A stretch of 64,000 nucleotides of DNA from positions 1,056,001-1,120,000 of the forward strand of contig CAVSLV010000001.1 of assembly GCA_963728915.1 (NCBI GenBank), read 5' to 3'. The position numbers and the translations under genes were made by a program. The notes under the pieces were generated by a model. That model was not told the origin of the DNA, did not search any database, and saw only the letters and a list, made by a program, of their open reading frames with translations. How positions within the stretch are numbered: the stretch's first letter is position 1; each line of letters begins with the position of its first letter. Source of the stretch: an uncultured Gemmatimonadales bacterium. GTDB taxonomy: Bacteria > Gemmatimonadota > Gemmatimonadetes > Gemmatimonadales > GWC2-71-9. Of the stretch, positions 28,813 through 37,969 are shown in pieces.

Positions 28813-30522
28813 TCAGATGTCTTCGTCGTCCGGCGGAATCACCAGCTTGGGAGGCGCTTCGAACGGCTCGTCGGGGAACCCGGTAATCCCCACGACGATG
28901 CGATGGTGAATCGGATCGACCTCCAGCACCTCGACTTCGAGGGGCTGCCCCTCCTTCACGACCTCGCCGGGATCCTGGACCTCACGGTCGACCCCCAGGT
29001 GCGACATCGGCACGAATCCCTCGAGATCGTTGCCGAGATCCACGACCACGCCCTTGTCCATGAGGCGAACGACCCGGGCCCGCATCTTGGTGCCGACCGG
29101 GAAGCTCTCCCCGATCTTGAGCCAGGGATCCTCCTCGGCCTGCTTGAGCCCGAGGGAAATTCGCTTGTTCTCCCCGTCGATGTTGAGGACCACGACGTCC
29201 ACCGCATCACCCTTCTTCACCACTTCGGACGGATGCTGAACCCGCTTGGTCCAGGACATGTCCGAAATGTGGATCAGGCCGTCGATCCCCGGCTTGAGCT
29301 CCACGAACGCGCCGAAGCTCGTCAGATTCCGCACCTTCCCATGGATCCGGCTCCCGATGGGAAACCGTTCGGGCAGCGTCATCCAGGGATCCTGCTCGGT
29401 CTGCTTCATCCCGAGGGAGATTTTCTCCTCGGTCTCGTCGACCTTGAGCACCACCGCTTCGATGGTCTCGCCGATCGAAACGATCTTGGAGGGATGCCGC
29501 ACATTCCGGGTCCAGCTCATTTCGGAGATGTGCACCAGGCCCTCGATGCCCGGCTCGAGCTCCACGAAGGCGCCGTAATTGGTGATGGAAACCACCTTGC
29601 CCTGGACCCGGGTCCCGACCGGATACTTGGCCGCGACGTCCTTCCAGGGGTAGCTCTGGAGCTGCTTCATGCCAAGCGAGATGCGTTCCCGCTGCCAGTC
29701 GATGTCGAGCACCTTGACCTCGACCTCCTGGCCGATCTGAAGCACTTCGGTCGGGTGGGAGACCCGGCCGTACGACATGTCGGTGATATGGAGCAGGCCG
29801 TCGACGCCACCCAGATCGATGAACGCACCGAAGTCGGTGATGTTCTTCACGATGCCCTTGCGGACCTGGCCGACCTCGAGCTCCTTCATCAGGGTCTCGC
29901 GCTTGCTGGCCCGCTCGGTCTCGAGAATGACCCGGCGACTGACCACGATGTTCCGGCGCCGTTTGTTGAGCTTGATGATCTTGAACTCGTAGCTCTGTCC
30001 CAGCAGCTCGTCGATGTTGGGCACCCGCCGGAGCGCGATCTGGCTCCCCGGCAGGAAGGCGTCCACGCCCATCACGTTCACGACCACGCCGCCCTTGATC
30101 TTCTTCATCAGGGTGCCTTCGACCGGCTGGTCGCTCTCATAGGCGATGCGGATCTTCTCCCAGACCCGCATGAAGTCGGCCTTCTTCTTGGAAAGCACGA
30201 CCGCGCCTTCCTGATCTTCCAGATGCTCGAGGAAGACTTCGATCTCTTCGCCTTCGGCCGGCCGTTCCTTGAATTCGTCGAGCGGGACCGAGCCTTCCGA
30301 CTTGAATCCGACGTCGAGAATGACGGCGTTGTCGGTGACCCGGAGGACTTTCGACTTGACGATCTCGCCTTCGACGATCGAGGCCATGGTGCCCTCGTAC
30401 ATCGAGAGCATGCGCTCGTAATCCTCCGGCGAGTATTGCTCGTCGATCAGGTCTTCGCGAACTCGCAATCCGGTGGGGGTGGAGAATTCGGTGGGGGTGG
30501 TGGAAATCTTGGTATCGCTCAT
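28813..30522 (-). CDS. rpsA: 30S ribosomal protein S1
   Basis: Tandem S1 repeats (FGAFIDLGGVDGLLHITDM, YGAFVELEPGIEGLVHISEM, etc.). Alternative start at 30549. Confidence 0.95.
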   Translation of the reverse strand: MSDTKISTTPTEFSTPTGLRVREDLIDEQYSPEDYERMLSMYEGTMASIVEGEIVKSKVLRVTDNAVILDVGFKSEGSVPLDEFKERPAEGEEIEVFLEHLEDQEGAVVLSKKKADFMRVWEKIRIAYESDQPVEGTLMKKIKGGVVVNVMGVDAFLPGSQIALRRVPNIDELLGQSYEFKIIKLNKRRRNIVVSRRVILETERASKRETLMKELEVGQVRKGIVKNITDFGAFIDLGGVDGLLHITDMSYGRVSHPTEVLQIGQEVEVKVLDIDWQRERISLGMKQLQSYPWKDVAAKYPVGTRVQGKVVSITNYGAFVELEPGIEGLVHISEMSWTRNVRHPSKIVSIGETIEAVVLKVDETEEKISLGMKQTEQDPWMTLPERFPIGSRIHGKVRNLTSFGAFVELKPGIDGLIHISDMSWTKRVQHPSEVVKKGDAVDVVVLNIDGENKRISLGLKQAEEDPWLKIGESFPVGTKMRARVVRLMDKGVVVDLGNDLEGFVPMSHLGVDREVQDPGEVVKEGQPLEVEVLEVDPIHHRIVVGITGFPDEPFEAPPKLVIPPDDEDI

Positions 30523-30621
30523 GACGGTTCGGTCTCGCAGGCCGGCCATACCCGCCGGGTTGAAGGTGGATCCCCCGGCGCCCGTTCGGCCGAGGGGGAA
30601 ACCGGAAAAGTTAGCAGCCGT

Positions 30622-31326
30622 TCACCCCGGCGACAAGCGCGACCTCACCAGGTCGACGATGGTCTGAACCTGTTCCTCGAACCCCAGCAGGGTCGTGTCG
30701 AGCAGCACGGCATCGGCCGGTTGCCGGAGCGGCGCCACGGCCCGGGCCCGGTCCTGGCGGTCCCGTTCGGCCAGCTCGTCGGCCATCCGGGCAACCAGCG
30801 CGGGAGAAGGGGTGGTACCACTCTGGCGGAGCCTCCGCTCGGCCCGGGCCTCGGGGGTCGCGGTGAGGAACACCTTGACCGGCGCGTCCGGGAAGACGAT
30901 GGAACCGATATCACGTCCATCCAGCACGACCAGGCGGCGCTGGTGCGCCCAGGTGTCCGAACCGGCCTCGGCGACCGCCGCCCGGAGCCGCTGGTTGACC
31001 CAGGCCCGGATTTCGGGGAGGGCGCTGACCGCGGAGACCCGGGCGTCGACCGCCCCGGTCCGGAGCAGCGGCTCCGCGGGCGTGCCATCGAGAACCGGGA
31101 CGATGCCCCCATCCTTCCGTACGAGGCCTAACCCGCGCTCCTCGGCCCGCCGGAGCAACCCGGCGGTATCGTCCACCGGAGTTTCCAGGGCCACCGCGGT
31201 CAGGGCCCGGTAGAGCGAGCCGGAATCCAGGTGCACCGCCCCCAGCGCCTGCGCCACCGCCTGCGCGGTGGAGGACTTGCCCGACGCCGCGGGCCCGTCG
31301 ATCGCGATGACCGGGATGCGGCTCAC
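30622..31326 (-). CDS. cmk: Cytidylate kinase
   Basis: IAIDGPAASGKSS, LDSGSLYRA, LDGRDIGS.VFPDA, RDRQD. Confidence 0.95.
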   Translation of the reverse strand: MSRIPVIAIDGPAASGKSSTAQAVAQALGAVHLDSGSLYRALTAVALETPVDDTAGLLRRAEERGLGLVRKDGGIVPVLDGTPAEPLLRTGAVDARVSAVSALPEIRAWVNQRLRAAVAEAGSDTWAHQRRLVVLDGRDIGSIVFPDAPVKVFLTATPEARAERRLRQSGTTPSPALVARMADELAERDRQDRARAVAPLRQPADAVLLDTTLLGFEEQVQTIVDLVRSRLSPG

Positions 31327-32597
31327 TGCAGCACCGATCCCAGGGTCGTGGCAAACCCCGGGAAGCTGACCTCGGCGCACCCGGGATCATCCACCCGCAC
31401 GTGCGCCCCTTCGACCAGGCCCAGGACGGCAAAGGCCATCGCGAGCCGATGATCGCCGGCGGTGCGCACCGGTCCTCCCGGCGGGGTTCTCCTGCCCTGG
31501 ACCATCAGGGTATTCCCTTCCACCACCGCGGATGCGCCGACCGCTCGAAGGTTTTCGGCCAGCAGGCCGAGTCGATCGCTTTCCTTGACTCTGAGCTCCC
31601 CGACTTCGTGAAAGGACGTCGTCCCGGACGCCCGGGAGGCGAGCACGGCGAGCAGCGGAATCTCGTCGATCAGCGACGGGATCTCGGCCGCGGTTACCGT
31701 GGTTCCGACCAGGGGACCCGGGCGCACCACCAGATCGCCCACCGGCTCCCCCATCCGATCCGCCCCGGGGTGGATGGTGATGCGAGCTCCCATCCGCTCG
31801 AGGACCGCCAGGAAGCCGGTGCGGGTCGGATTGAGCCCTACCCCGGTGATCGCGAGAACCCCACCGGTCGACAGCAGGGCAGCACCCACCAGGAACGCCG
31901 CAGAGGAGACGTCCCCCGGGACTTCGAGGTCGAACGGAGCGAGGGTCCCGGTGGGACGGAACCTGAGCCACTCGTCGTGCCCGAGGCTGACCGTGTAGCC
32001 GAAGAAGCGAAGCAGTCGCTCGGTGTGATCGCGGGAGACGCCATTCGGCTCGCGGAGGGCGATGGCGACTCGGCCCGCCACACCGGCCAGCAGCAGACAG
32101 CTCTTGATCTGCGCGCTGGACACCGGGAGGAGCCACTCCAGGGATTGCAGGGTCCCACCGCGGATCGCGAAGGGGAACCGTTCGGGGGGCATTTGTCCCC
32201 GACCGAAGAACCGGGCCCCCATCCGGGAGAGGGGTTCGGTGACACGGCGCATCGGTCTGTGCCGCAACGAGTTATCCCCCGTCAGGGTGGCCTGAAAATC
32301 GTGCCCGGCGAGCAAGCCAAGCAACAACCTCGCGGTGGTCCCGGAATTGCCGCAGTGCAGAGTTCCGCGCGGACGCCTGAAGCGCGCTCCCCGCGCAAGG
32401 ATCAGTATGTCCTGATGAGGCCTGAGCGGTGTCACGTCAGCACCAAGTTGACGAAGGACGCGCGCGGTCGAGCGGGCATCCAGGGAGGTGAGACCGCCTC
32501 GAATCCGCGACTTGCCTGACGCCAGGCCGGCAAGGAGGAGAAGCCGATGCGTCACACTCTTGTCACCGGGGACCTTGACGGTCCCGTGAATCAGCAT
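31323..32597 (-). CDS. aroA: 3-phosphoshikimate 1-carboxyvinyltransferase
   Basis: VPGDKSVTHR, GNSGTT, SAQIKS, RDHTE, RVKESDR, DHRLAM. Confidence 0.95.
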   Translation of the reverse strand: MLIHGTVKVPGDKSVTHRLLLLAGLASGKSRIRGGLTSLDARSTARVLRQLGADVTPLRPHQDILILARGARFRRPRGTLHCGNSGTTARLLLGLLAGHDFQATLTGDNSLRHRPMRRVTEPLSRMGARFFGRGQMPPERFPFAIRGGTLQSLEWLLPVSSAQIKSCLLLAGVAGRVAIALREPNGVSRDHTERLLRFFGYTVSLGHDEWLRFRPTGTLAPFDLEVPGDVSSAAFLVGAALLSTGGVLAITGVGLNPTRTGFLAVLERMGARITIHPGADRMGEPVGDLVVRPGPLVGTTVTAAEIPSLIDEIPLLAVLASRASGTTSFHEVGELRVKESDRLGLLAENLRAVGASAVVEGNTLMVQGRRTPPGGPVRTAGDHRLAMAFAVLGLVEGAHVRVDDPGCAEVSFPGFATTLGSVLQ

Positions 32598-32660
32598 TGC
32601 CCAGTCCTTGAACGGAGGTCGCTCGCCATCCCTGCTCTGAGTTACCTTGGAACCGGTGGA

Positions 32661-32689
32661 ATTGTAGATCCTGAGACTCCGGCCACCAA
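32661..32689 (-). promoter_or_regulatory. Putative sigma70 promoter for aroA-cmk
   Basis: TTGGTG-N17-TACAAT on the minus strand. Confidence 0.5.
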
Positions 32690-32707
32690 TTCTCCCCGGT
32701 TTCGCCC

Positions 32708-34873
32708 ATGACCGCCAAAGCGCAGCCAAAGAAAGCGGCAGACGATCGTTGGCTGGCCCAGACGCTGGTCGACGCGGGGGTTCTCGAGCAATCCCAGGCG
32801 GATGAGCTCCAGAAGAGTCCTCTCGGCGAAGACGAGACCAGCTGGAAGCGGGCGGTCCGCCAGGGGCTCACCAGCGACTACGCGATTGTGCAGGCACTGG
32901 TCAGTCGCTTCAAGGTCAAGCCCGCGGATCTCGGGTCGACGGATGCCCGCGTCGCCGGCCTGCTCCCGGAAACCATGGCCCGAAGGCATCGTGTCGTCGT
33001 GCTTCGGGCCGATGACCGGACCATCACCGTGGCCACCTCAGACCCGAGGGATCTCGACCTGGAGGAGAATCTCCGGTTCATTACCGGCCGGCGGGTCACC
33101 TTCGAGATTGCCCCGCCGGATGCCATCGGCAAGAAACTCGATGAGATCTACCGTCCCGAGAAAGCCATCAATCAGCTGCTGGAGGGACTCAACCCGTCCA
33201 ACCTTGAATCGATCGAGGAGGTCGACCTCGATGCCGACAAGGATCCCGCCCTCGAGGCGCCGATGACCAAGCTGGTCGATGCCATGATCAGCGAAGGGGT
33301 TCGGGACGGGGCCAGCGACATCCATGCGGAGCCGCTGGTGGACGGGATGGTCATCCGATACCGGATCGACGGGGTGCTCAAGGAGGTCATGCGGCTTCCG
33401 GCCAACGCCGCGCCGGTCCTGGCGCGCCGGGTCAAGATCCTCGCCAAGCTCGACGTCACCGATCCGCTGCATCCCCACGACGGCCGGGCGGCGGTCCGGG
33501 TCGACGGCAAAGCCGTCGACCTCCGGATCGCCACGGTGCCAGTGGCGCGCCGGGGCGAGAAGGTGGTCATCCGGATTCTCGACAAGTCCAACTTGCGAGC
33601 CAACCTTCCGGACCTGCGGCTGCCTCCGTCGGAAGAGGACATCATCCGTCGGTTCCTCGGGCATCGGGAAGGCATGATCCTGGTGACCGGCCCCACCGGC
33701 AGCGGGAAGACCACCACCCTCTACGCGCTCATCAACGAGCTGCGCACCGGCAAAGTCAACATCATCACGGTCGAAGACCCGGTCGAATACGACGTCCCCG
33801 GAATTTCCCAGCTTCAGGTGAACGACGCCCAGGGATTCACTTTTGCCACCGCCCTCCGGTCGGTGCTCCGGCAGGACCCCGACATTCTGCTGGTCGGCGA
33901 GATTCGGGACGGCGAAACCGCAACCATCGCGATCCAGGCCGGTCTTTCCGGCCACCTGGTCCTCTCCACGCTCCACACCAACGACGCCCCATCCGCCGTG
34001 GTCCGCCTTCGCGATCTCGGCACCGACAGCTTCAAGATCGCCTCGGTGCTGAAGGGAATCATCGCACAACGTCTGGTGCGCCGGCTCTGCACCCAGTGCT
34101 CCGAACCGATCCCGATCGAAGACTTGCCGCATGAGGCGAGGCCCCCAGAGGGCCTGGAAGCGAAGCCGCGGAAGGCGGTGGGATGCAAGGCGTGCGCAGG
34201 CATGGGGTACAAGGGGCGGATGTCGGTCCTGGAAATCATGCCGGTCAATGATGCGGTCGCCCACAAGATCGAAGCCGGCGCTCTCCCGGACGAATTGCTG
34301 GCGGCGGCCCGGCCCCTCGGGATGCGAACCCTGTGGGAGAGCGGCCTGGACCGGGTGTGGAAGGGTCTCACGTCCATTGACGAAGTCATTCGAGTGCTGG
34401 GCGAGAAGAACGAGGAAGAGGAGAACAAGGGCGGGATCATCCACGGCGCCGTCCTTCCCGAGGCCGTGCGGATCGAGTTTTCAGCCGTCGGAAACGACTC
34501 GCCTCACATTCTGGTGGCCGATGATGATCCTCAGATGCGCCGGCTGATCCGCTCGATCCTCGAGCGGGACGGGTACCGGGTCACCGAGGCATCGGATGGC
34601 CTGGACGCCCTCGAATCGGTGGAGAGCGGGCAATTCAACCTGATGATGCTCGACATCGATATGCCCAGGCTGGACGGGCTTGGCGTCCTGGAAGAGCTGC
34701 GAACCCGAATCAAGACGGCCGGCGTCCCCGTCATCGTGCTGACCGCGCGAACCGACGACACCGAAGTCCGGGTGCTCGAGCTGGGCGCCCAGGATTTCCT
34801 GTCCAAGCCGGTCCAGCCTCAATCACTCCAGGCGCGCGTCAAGGCCGTGTTGCGCCGGGCCAAAATGGGCTGA
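32708..34873 (+). CDS. PilB/GspE-family assembly ATPase with C-terminal receiver (REC) domain
   Basis: ASDIHAEP, GPTGSGKT, TVEDPVE, LRQDPD..LVGEIRD, STLHTNDA, CxxC...CxxC. The last ~120 aa read ILVADDD...LDIDMP...LTA...KP. Confidence 0.9.
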   Translation: MTAKAQPKKAADDRWLAQTLVDAGVLEQSQADELQKSPLGEDETSWKRAVRQGLTSDYAIVQALVSRFKVKPADLGSTDARVAGLLPETMARRHRVVVLRADDRTITVATSDPRDLDLEENLRFITGRRVTFEIAPPDAIGKKLDEIYRPEKAINQLLEGLNPSNLESIEEVDLDADKDPALEAPMTKLVDAMISEGVRDGASDIHAEPLVDGMVIRYRIDGVLKEVMRLPANAAPVLARRVKILAKLDVTDPLHPHDGRAAVRVDGKAVDLRIATVPVARRGEKVVIRILDKSNLRANLPDLRLPPSEEDIIRRFLGHREGMILVTGPTGSGKTTTLYALINELRTGKVNIITVEDPVEYDVPGISQLQVNDAQGFTFATALRSVLRQDPDILLVGEIRDGETATIAIQAGLSGHLVLSTLHTNDAPSAVVRLRDLGTDSFKIASVLKGIIAQRLVRRLCTQCSEPIPIEDLPHEARPPEGLEAKPRKAVGCKACAGMGYKGRMSVLEIMPVNDAVAHKIEAGALPDELLAAARPLGMRTLWESGLDRVWKGLTSIDEVIRVLGEKNEEEENKGGIIHGAVLPEAVRIEFSAVGNDSPHILVADDDPQMRRLIRSILERDGYRVTEASDGLDALESVESGQFNLMMLDIDMPRLDGLGVLEELRTRIKTAGVPVIVLTARTDDTEVRVLELGAQDFLSKPVQPQSLQARVKAVLRRAKMG

Positions 34874-34877
34874 CCTC

Positions 34878-35252
34878 ATGGCCCGTATCCTCATCGTCGA
34901 AGACAATCCGGACAATCTCAAGCTCTTCAAGGCCGTCCTGGCCATGAAAGGCCACAAGATATCCGTCCTGCCGAGCGGAGAAGGCCTGCTTCCGGCCATC
35001 GAGCAGAGCGAGCCGGATCTCGTGCTCATGGACATCCAGCTTCCCGGGCGGGACGGCTACGAACTCATTCAGGACATCCGGAATTCCAAGTGGCGGGACA
35101 TCGGAGTGGTCGCGCTGACCGCCCACGCAAGGGACCAGGACGAAGAGCGCGCCCGCGGCGCGGGATTCGATGGTTACATCACCAAACCGATCGATATCGC
35201 GACCTTTCCCGAACGGGTGGAGCAGGCGCTCGCGAGGCCGCGCTCCTCATGA
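34878..35252 (+). CDS. Single-domain response regulator (CheY/DivK-like)
   Basis: ILIVEDN, VLMDIQLP, LTAHA, YITKP. Confidence 0.92.
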   Translation: MARILIVEDNPDNLKLFKAVLAMKGHKISVLPSGEGLLPAIEQSEPDLVLMDIQLPGRDGYELIQDIRNSKWRDIGVVALTAHARDQDEERARGAGFDGYITKPIDIATFPERVEQALARPRSS

Positions 35253-35776
35253 GTCCGGATCGTCCGACCAATCCCCCCAATCGCTCCGGAGCGGCACAGG
35301 ACACCAAGAGCGTTTTGTACGAGGCGGCGGTCGAAGCCGTCCAGAACCGGGCCGCCCACGAGAGGACCAAGCCCCAGCGGCCCCCCGCCCGCAAGGCGAG
35401 CCGGGCCCCGCGGGTCATCGCGCTGATCCTGGTCGCCCTGGTCGGAGCCGCCCTGTTGGTCCTTCGGCCAGGCTGGCTGGTCGGACCGGAAACGATCCCG
35501 GCAGAATCGCCTGCGATCGCGGCCGCATCACTCCGGGTCGCTCTGGTGCGAGAACGGGACATGGTGTTCCGCTATCAGCAGCGGACCGGAAGCCTTCCCG
35601 TCAGCCTGAGCGCAGCCGGGATCAGCACGCCGAATCTGGATTACGATCATGAAGGAGGCGCGTTCAGCCTGAGCGGGCGGGTCGGAGATTCGCTCATCAC
35701 GATCCGATCCACCGATTCGGTCACCGTCTTCCTGGGGGATAGCTTCTTCCGTCTCCGCCACCGAAACTCCCCATGA
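35249..35776 (+). CDS. Hypothetical single-TM protein, pilin-like periplasmic part
   Basis: ATGA overlaps at both ends, one hydrophobic helix, then ...RYQQRTGSLPVSL. Confidence 0.7.
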   Translation: MSPDRPTNPPNRSGAAQDTKSVLYEAAVEAVQNRAAHERTKPQRPPARKASRAPRVIALILVALVGAALLVLRPGWLVGPETIPAESPAIAAASLRVALVRERDMVFRYQQRTGSLPVSLSAAGISTPNLDYDHEGGAFSLSGRVGDSLITIRSTDSVTVFLGDSFFRLRHRNSP

Positions 35777-36228
35777 AGCGCAACGGATTCACCATGGTCG
35801 AGCTCCTGATCGTCATGGTGGTGATGGGGATTCTGGCCACGCTGGCCCTGCTCAAGACCAACGATCTCAAGAACGCGGCGATCGCCACTCAGGTCAATCA
35901 GGAGATGCGGGCGGTCCAGATCGCCGCGTTCAACTACTATGCCGACAAGGAGCAGTGGCCCCCCGAGGCGGGCGCGGGCCAGGTGCCCCCCGGGCTCTCG
36001 CCCCTTCTCCCCGGCCAGTTGGCGGCATCGTTCGATCGGGACCGGTACAAGCTGGATTACGACAATGTCGGGGCGGGCGAGTCCCAGATCATCAGCATTT
36101 CCGTGACCACGACCGATCCCCAGTTGATGGCGAAGCTGGTGGCCTACCTCAGCAACAAGGCCCCGATCTTCGTGGTCACTGGCAATCGGGTGACTTACCT
36201 GATTTCCGGTCCCAAGGGCGGTTTCTAG
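35773..36228 (+). CDS. Type IV pilin / pseudopilin
   Basis: Class III signal MKRNG|FTMVELLIVMVVMGILA (G-1, F+1, E+5). Confidence 0.92.
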   Translation: MKRNGFTMVELLIVMVVMGILATLALLKTNDLKNAAIATQVNQEMRAVQIAAFNYYADKEQWPPEAGAGQVPPGLSPLLPGQLAASFDRDRYKLDYDNVGAGESQIISISVTTTDPQLMAKLVAYLSNKAPIFVVTGNRVTYLISGPKGGF

Positions 36229-37022
36229 GAGATCGTGAACCGCTTCAGCACCTCTGGATCCCCGCGGGGGAACTGGGGGTCCATCCCTTCCAGGGTCTCG
36301 ACCAGGGTCCGGAGCACCAGGTAGTCCCGGACCTTGTTGTGATCGGCCGGCACCAGATACCAGGGCGCCTGCGCGGTGCTGCACCTGGTCAGGACGTCCT
36401 CATAGGCGGCGGTGTACTCGTCCCACAGAGCCCGCTCCTCCAGATCAGCCGCGTCGAATTTCCAGTTCTTCGAGGGATCCTGCAGGCGGTCCTCCAGTCG
36501 GCGGCGCTGTTCGTCGCGCGAGACGTGGAGAAAGAACTTCCGCACCACCGTGCCCTCATCGGTCAGCATCTGCTCGAAGTGGTTGATGTGATCGAATCGC
36601 CTGGACCAGACCGTTTCGGGGACCAGGCGATGGACCCGCGCGGCCAGCACATCTTCGTAGTGGGAGCGGTTGAAGACGCCGATGCTGCCTCTCGGCGGCA
36701 GCGCCTGATGGATCCGCCAGAGGTAGTCGTGCTTCAGCTCGAGCCCGGCCGGCCGCTTGAAGCTGGTCACCGTGCAGTACGCCGGATTGAGCCCGCTGAA
36801 CACCCGGCGAATCGTGCCATCTTTCCCCGAAGCGTCGCGCCCCTGGAGCACCACGAGCAGCGCGCGGCGATTCTCCGCCCCCAGGGCGCGCTGGAGCTGG
36901 TCGAGTCGTCCGGCCAGATCCTCCAGCATCTTCTCCAACTCGTGGTTCCTGGGAACTCCAAGCCGGTCCGCGGCTTGCTCCTCGGTGAGGCGAATCGGCG
37001 GGGCGACAGGAGTCAGGCGCAT
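36225..37022 (-). CDS. Polyphosphate kinase 2 family protein
   Basis: LQGRDASGKDG, HDYLWR, FNRSHYEDVL, NWKF, APWYLVPAD. Confidence 0.92.
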   Translation of the reverse strand: MRLTPVAPPIRLTEEQAADRLGVPRNHELEKMLEDLAGRLDQLQRALGAENRRALLVVLQGRDASGKDGTIRRVFSGLNPAYCTVTSFKRPAGLELKHDYLWRIHQALPPRGSIGVFNRSHYEDVLAARVHRLVPETVWSRRFDHINHFEQMLTDEGTVVRKFFLHVSRDEQRRRLEDRLQDPSKNWKFDAADLEERALWDEYTAAYEDVLTRCSTAQAPWYLVPADHNKVRDYLVLRTLVETLEGMDPQFPRGDPEVLKRFTIS

Positions 37023-37027
37023 GCGAT

Positions 37028-37795
37028 CTATTCCCCCAGAAGACGGATCCGGCGCGGCCGGGCACGAATTTCCGCCCGGTGCTTTTCCAGCGCATTGCGC
37101 ACCAGGCCCTCGACCACCTCGGGGGAGTCGGTCGGGGTGAGCAGGTGAATGTCTTCCGGCGCGACGGTTCCGGCCCGGATCAAGGTGCGCTGGACGAAGT
37201 CGAGCAGCGGCTGCCAGAACGTGGTCCCGACCAGAATGATGGGGAAGGATTCGATCTTCGCGGTCTGCACCAGCGTCGCGGCCTCGAACAGCTCGTCGAG
37301 GGTCCCGAAACCTCCAGGGAGCACCACGAACGCGAAGCTGTATTTGACCAACAGCACTTTTCGCACGAAGAAGTACCGGAACGTGACCCAGCGATCCAGG
37401 TAGGGGTTGGGGGTCTGTTCGTGGGGAAGCTCGATGTTCGATCCGATCGAGTATCCGCCGGCTTCGCGGGCGCCTCTGTTGGCGGCCTCCATGACGCCGG
37501 GACCGCCCCCGGTCATGACGGTCGCGCCGGCCGCGGCCACCCGGCGGCCGATCTCTCTCGCGAGCGCGTAATAAGGGTGGCTCTCGGGAAAGCGAGCCGA
37601 CCCGAAGACGGTGACGCAGGGCCCGACGAAATGAAAGTGCCGAAAGCCTTTCACGAATTCTCCGGCGATCCGAATCACCCGGGCGAATTCGGAAATCCGG
37701 GAGCGCGGGCCGCTGAGGAATATCCGGTTGTGCGGGTCAGGCTGATGAACGGGCGCGGGAATGTCGGCAGGGGGTGGCTCGGGCGGTTCGACCAT
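37028..37795 (-). CDS. LOG family (TIGR00730-like) nucleotide monophosphate nucleosidase
   Basis: VTVFGSAR, TGGGPGVMEAAN, FFVRK, PGGFGTLDE. Confidence 0.9.
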   Translation of the reverse strand: MVEPPEPPPADIPAPVHQPDPHNRIFLSGPRSRISEFARVIRIAGEFVKGFRHFHFVGPCVTVFGSARFPESHPYYALAREIGRRVAAAGATVMTGGGPGVMEAANRGAREAGGYSIGSNIELPHEQTPNPYLDRWVTFRYFFVRKVLLVKYSFAFVVLPGGFGTLDELFEAATLVQTAKIESFPIILVGTTFWQPLLDFVQRTLIRAGTVAPEDIHLLTPTDSPEVVEGLVRNALEKHRAEIRARPRRIRLLGE

Positions 37796-37842
37796 CCCGA
37801 AAGCTAGCAGCCAGCCGACCGGTGAACCCATTCGCGGGAGCA

Positions 37843-37926
37843 TGCCGGGGGCGGGGATCGAACCCGCAAGGGCCGAAGCCCAAGGGATTTTAAGTCCCTT
37901 GCGTTTGCCAGTTTCGCCACCCCGGC
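37843..37926 (-). tRNA. tRNA-Leu(TAA), long variable arm, CCA not encoded
   Basis: GCCGGGGTGGCGAAACTGGCAAACGCAAGGGAC-TTAAAA-TCCCTT...GGTTCGATCCC...CCCGGCA folds as a cloverleaf. Confidence 0.96.
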
Positions 37927-37969
37927 GACCCGGGAAAGATACGCCGAGCCATGCTATGTTCCGCCAGCC

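Noticed and set aside
28900..29900. Repeated segments in rpsA
   Set aside because: Ordinary S1 domain repeats.
32250..32600. Mildly lower GC3 at the 5' end of aroA
   Set aside because: Modest dip compatible with normal 5' codon relaxation.
32600..37926. tRNA-Leu-anchored genomic island containing the pilus module
   Set aside because: No integrase, no duplicated tRNA 3' end found, and composition like the rest of the window.
37843..37926. bldA-like TTA-codon regulation by tRNA-Leu(TAA)
   Set aside because: TTA codons here occur in core genes (dxr, cdsA, cmk, infC), which does not fit a conditional developmental switch.
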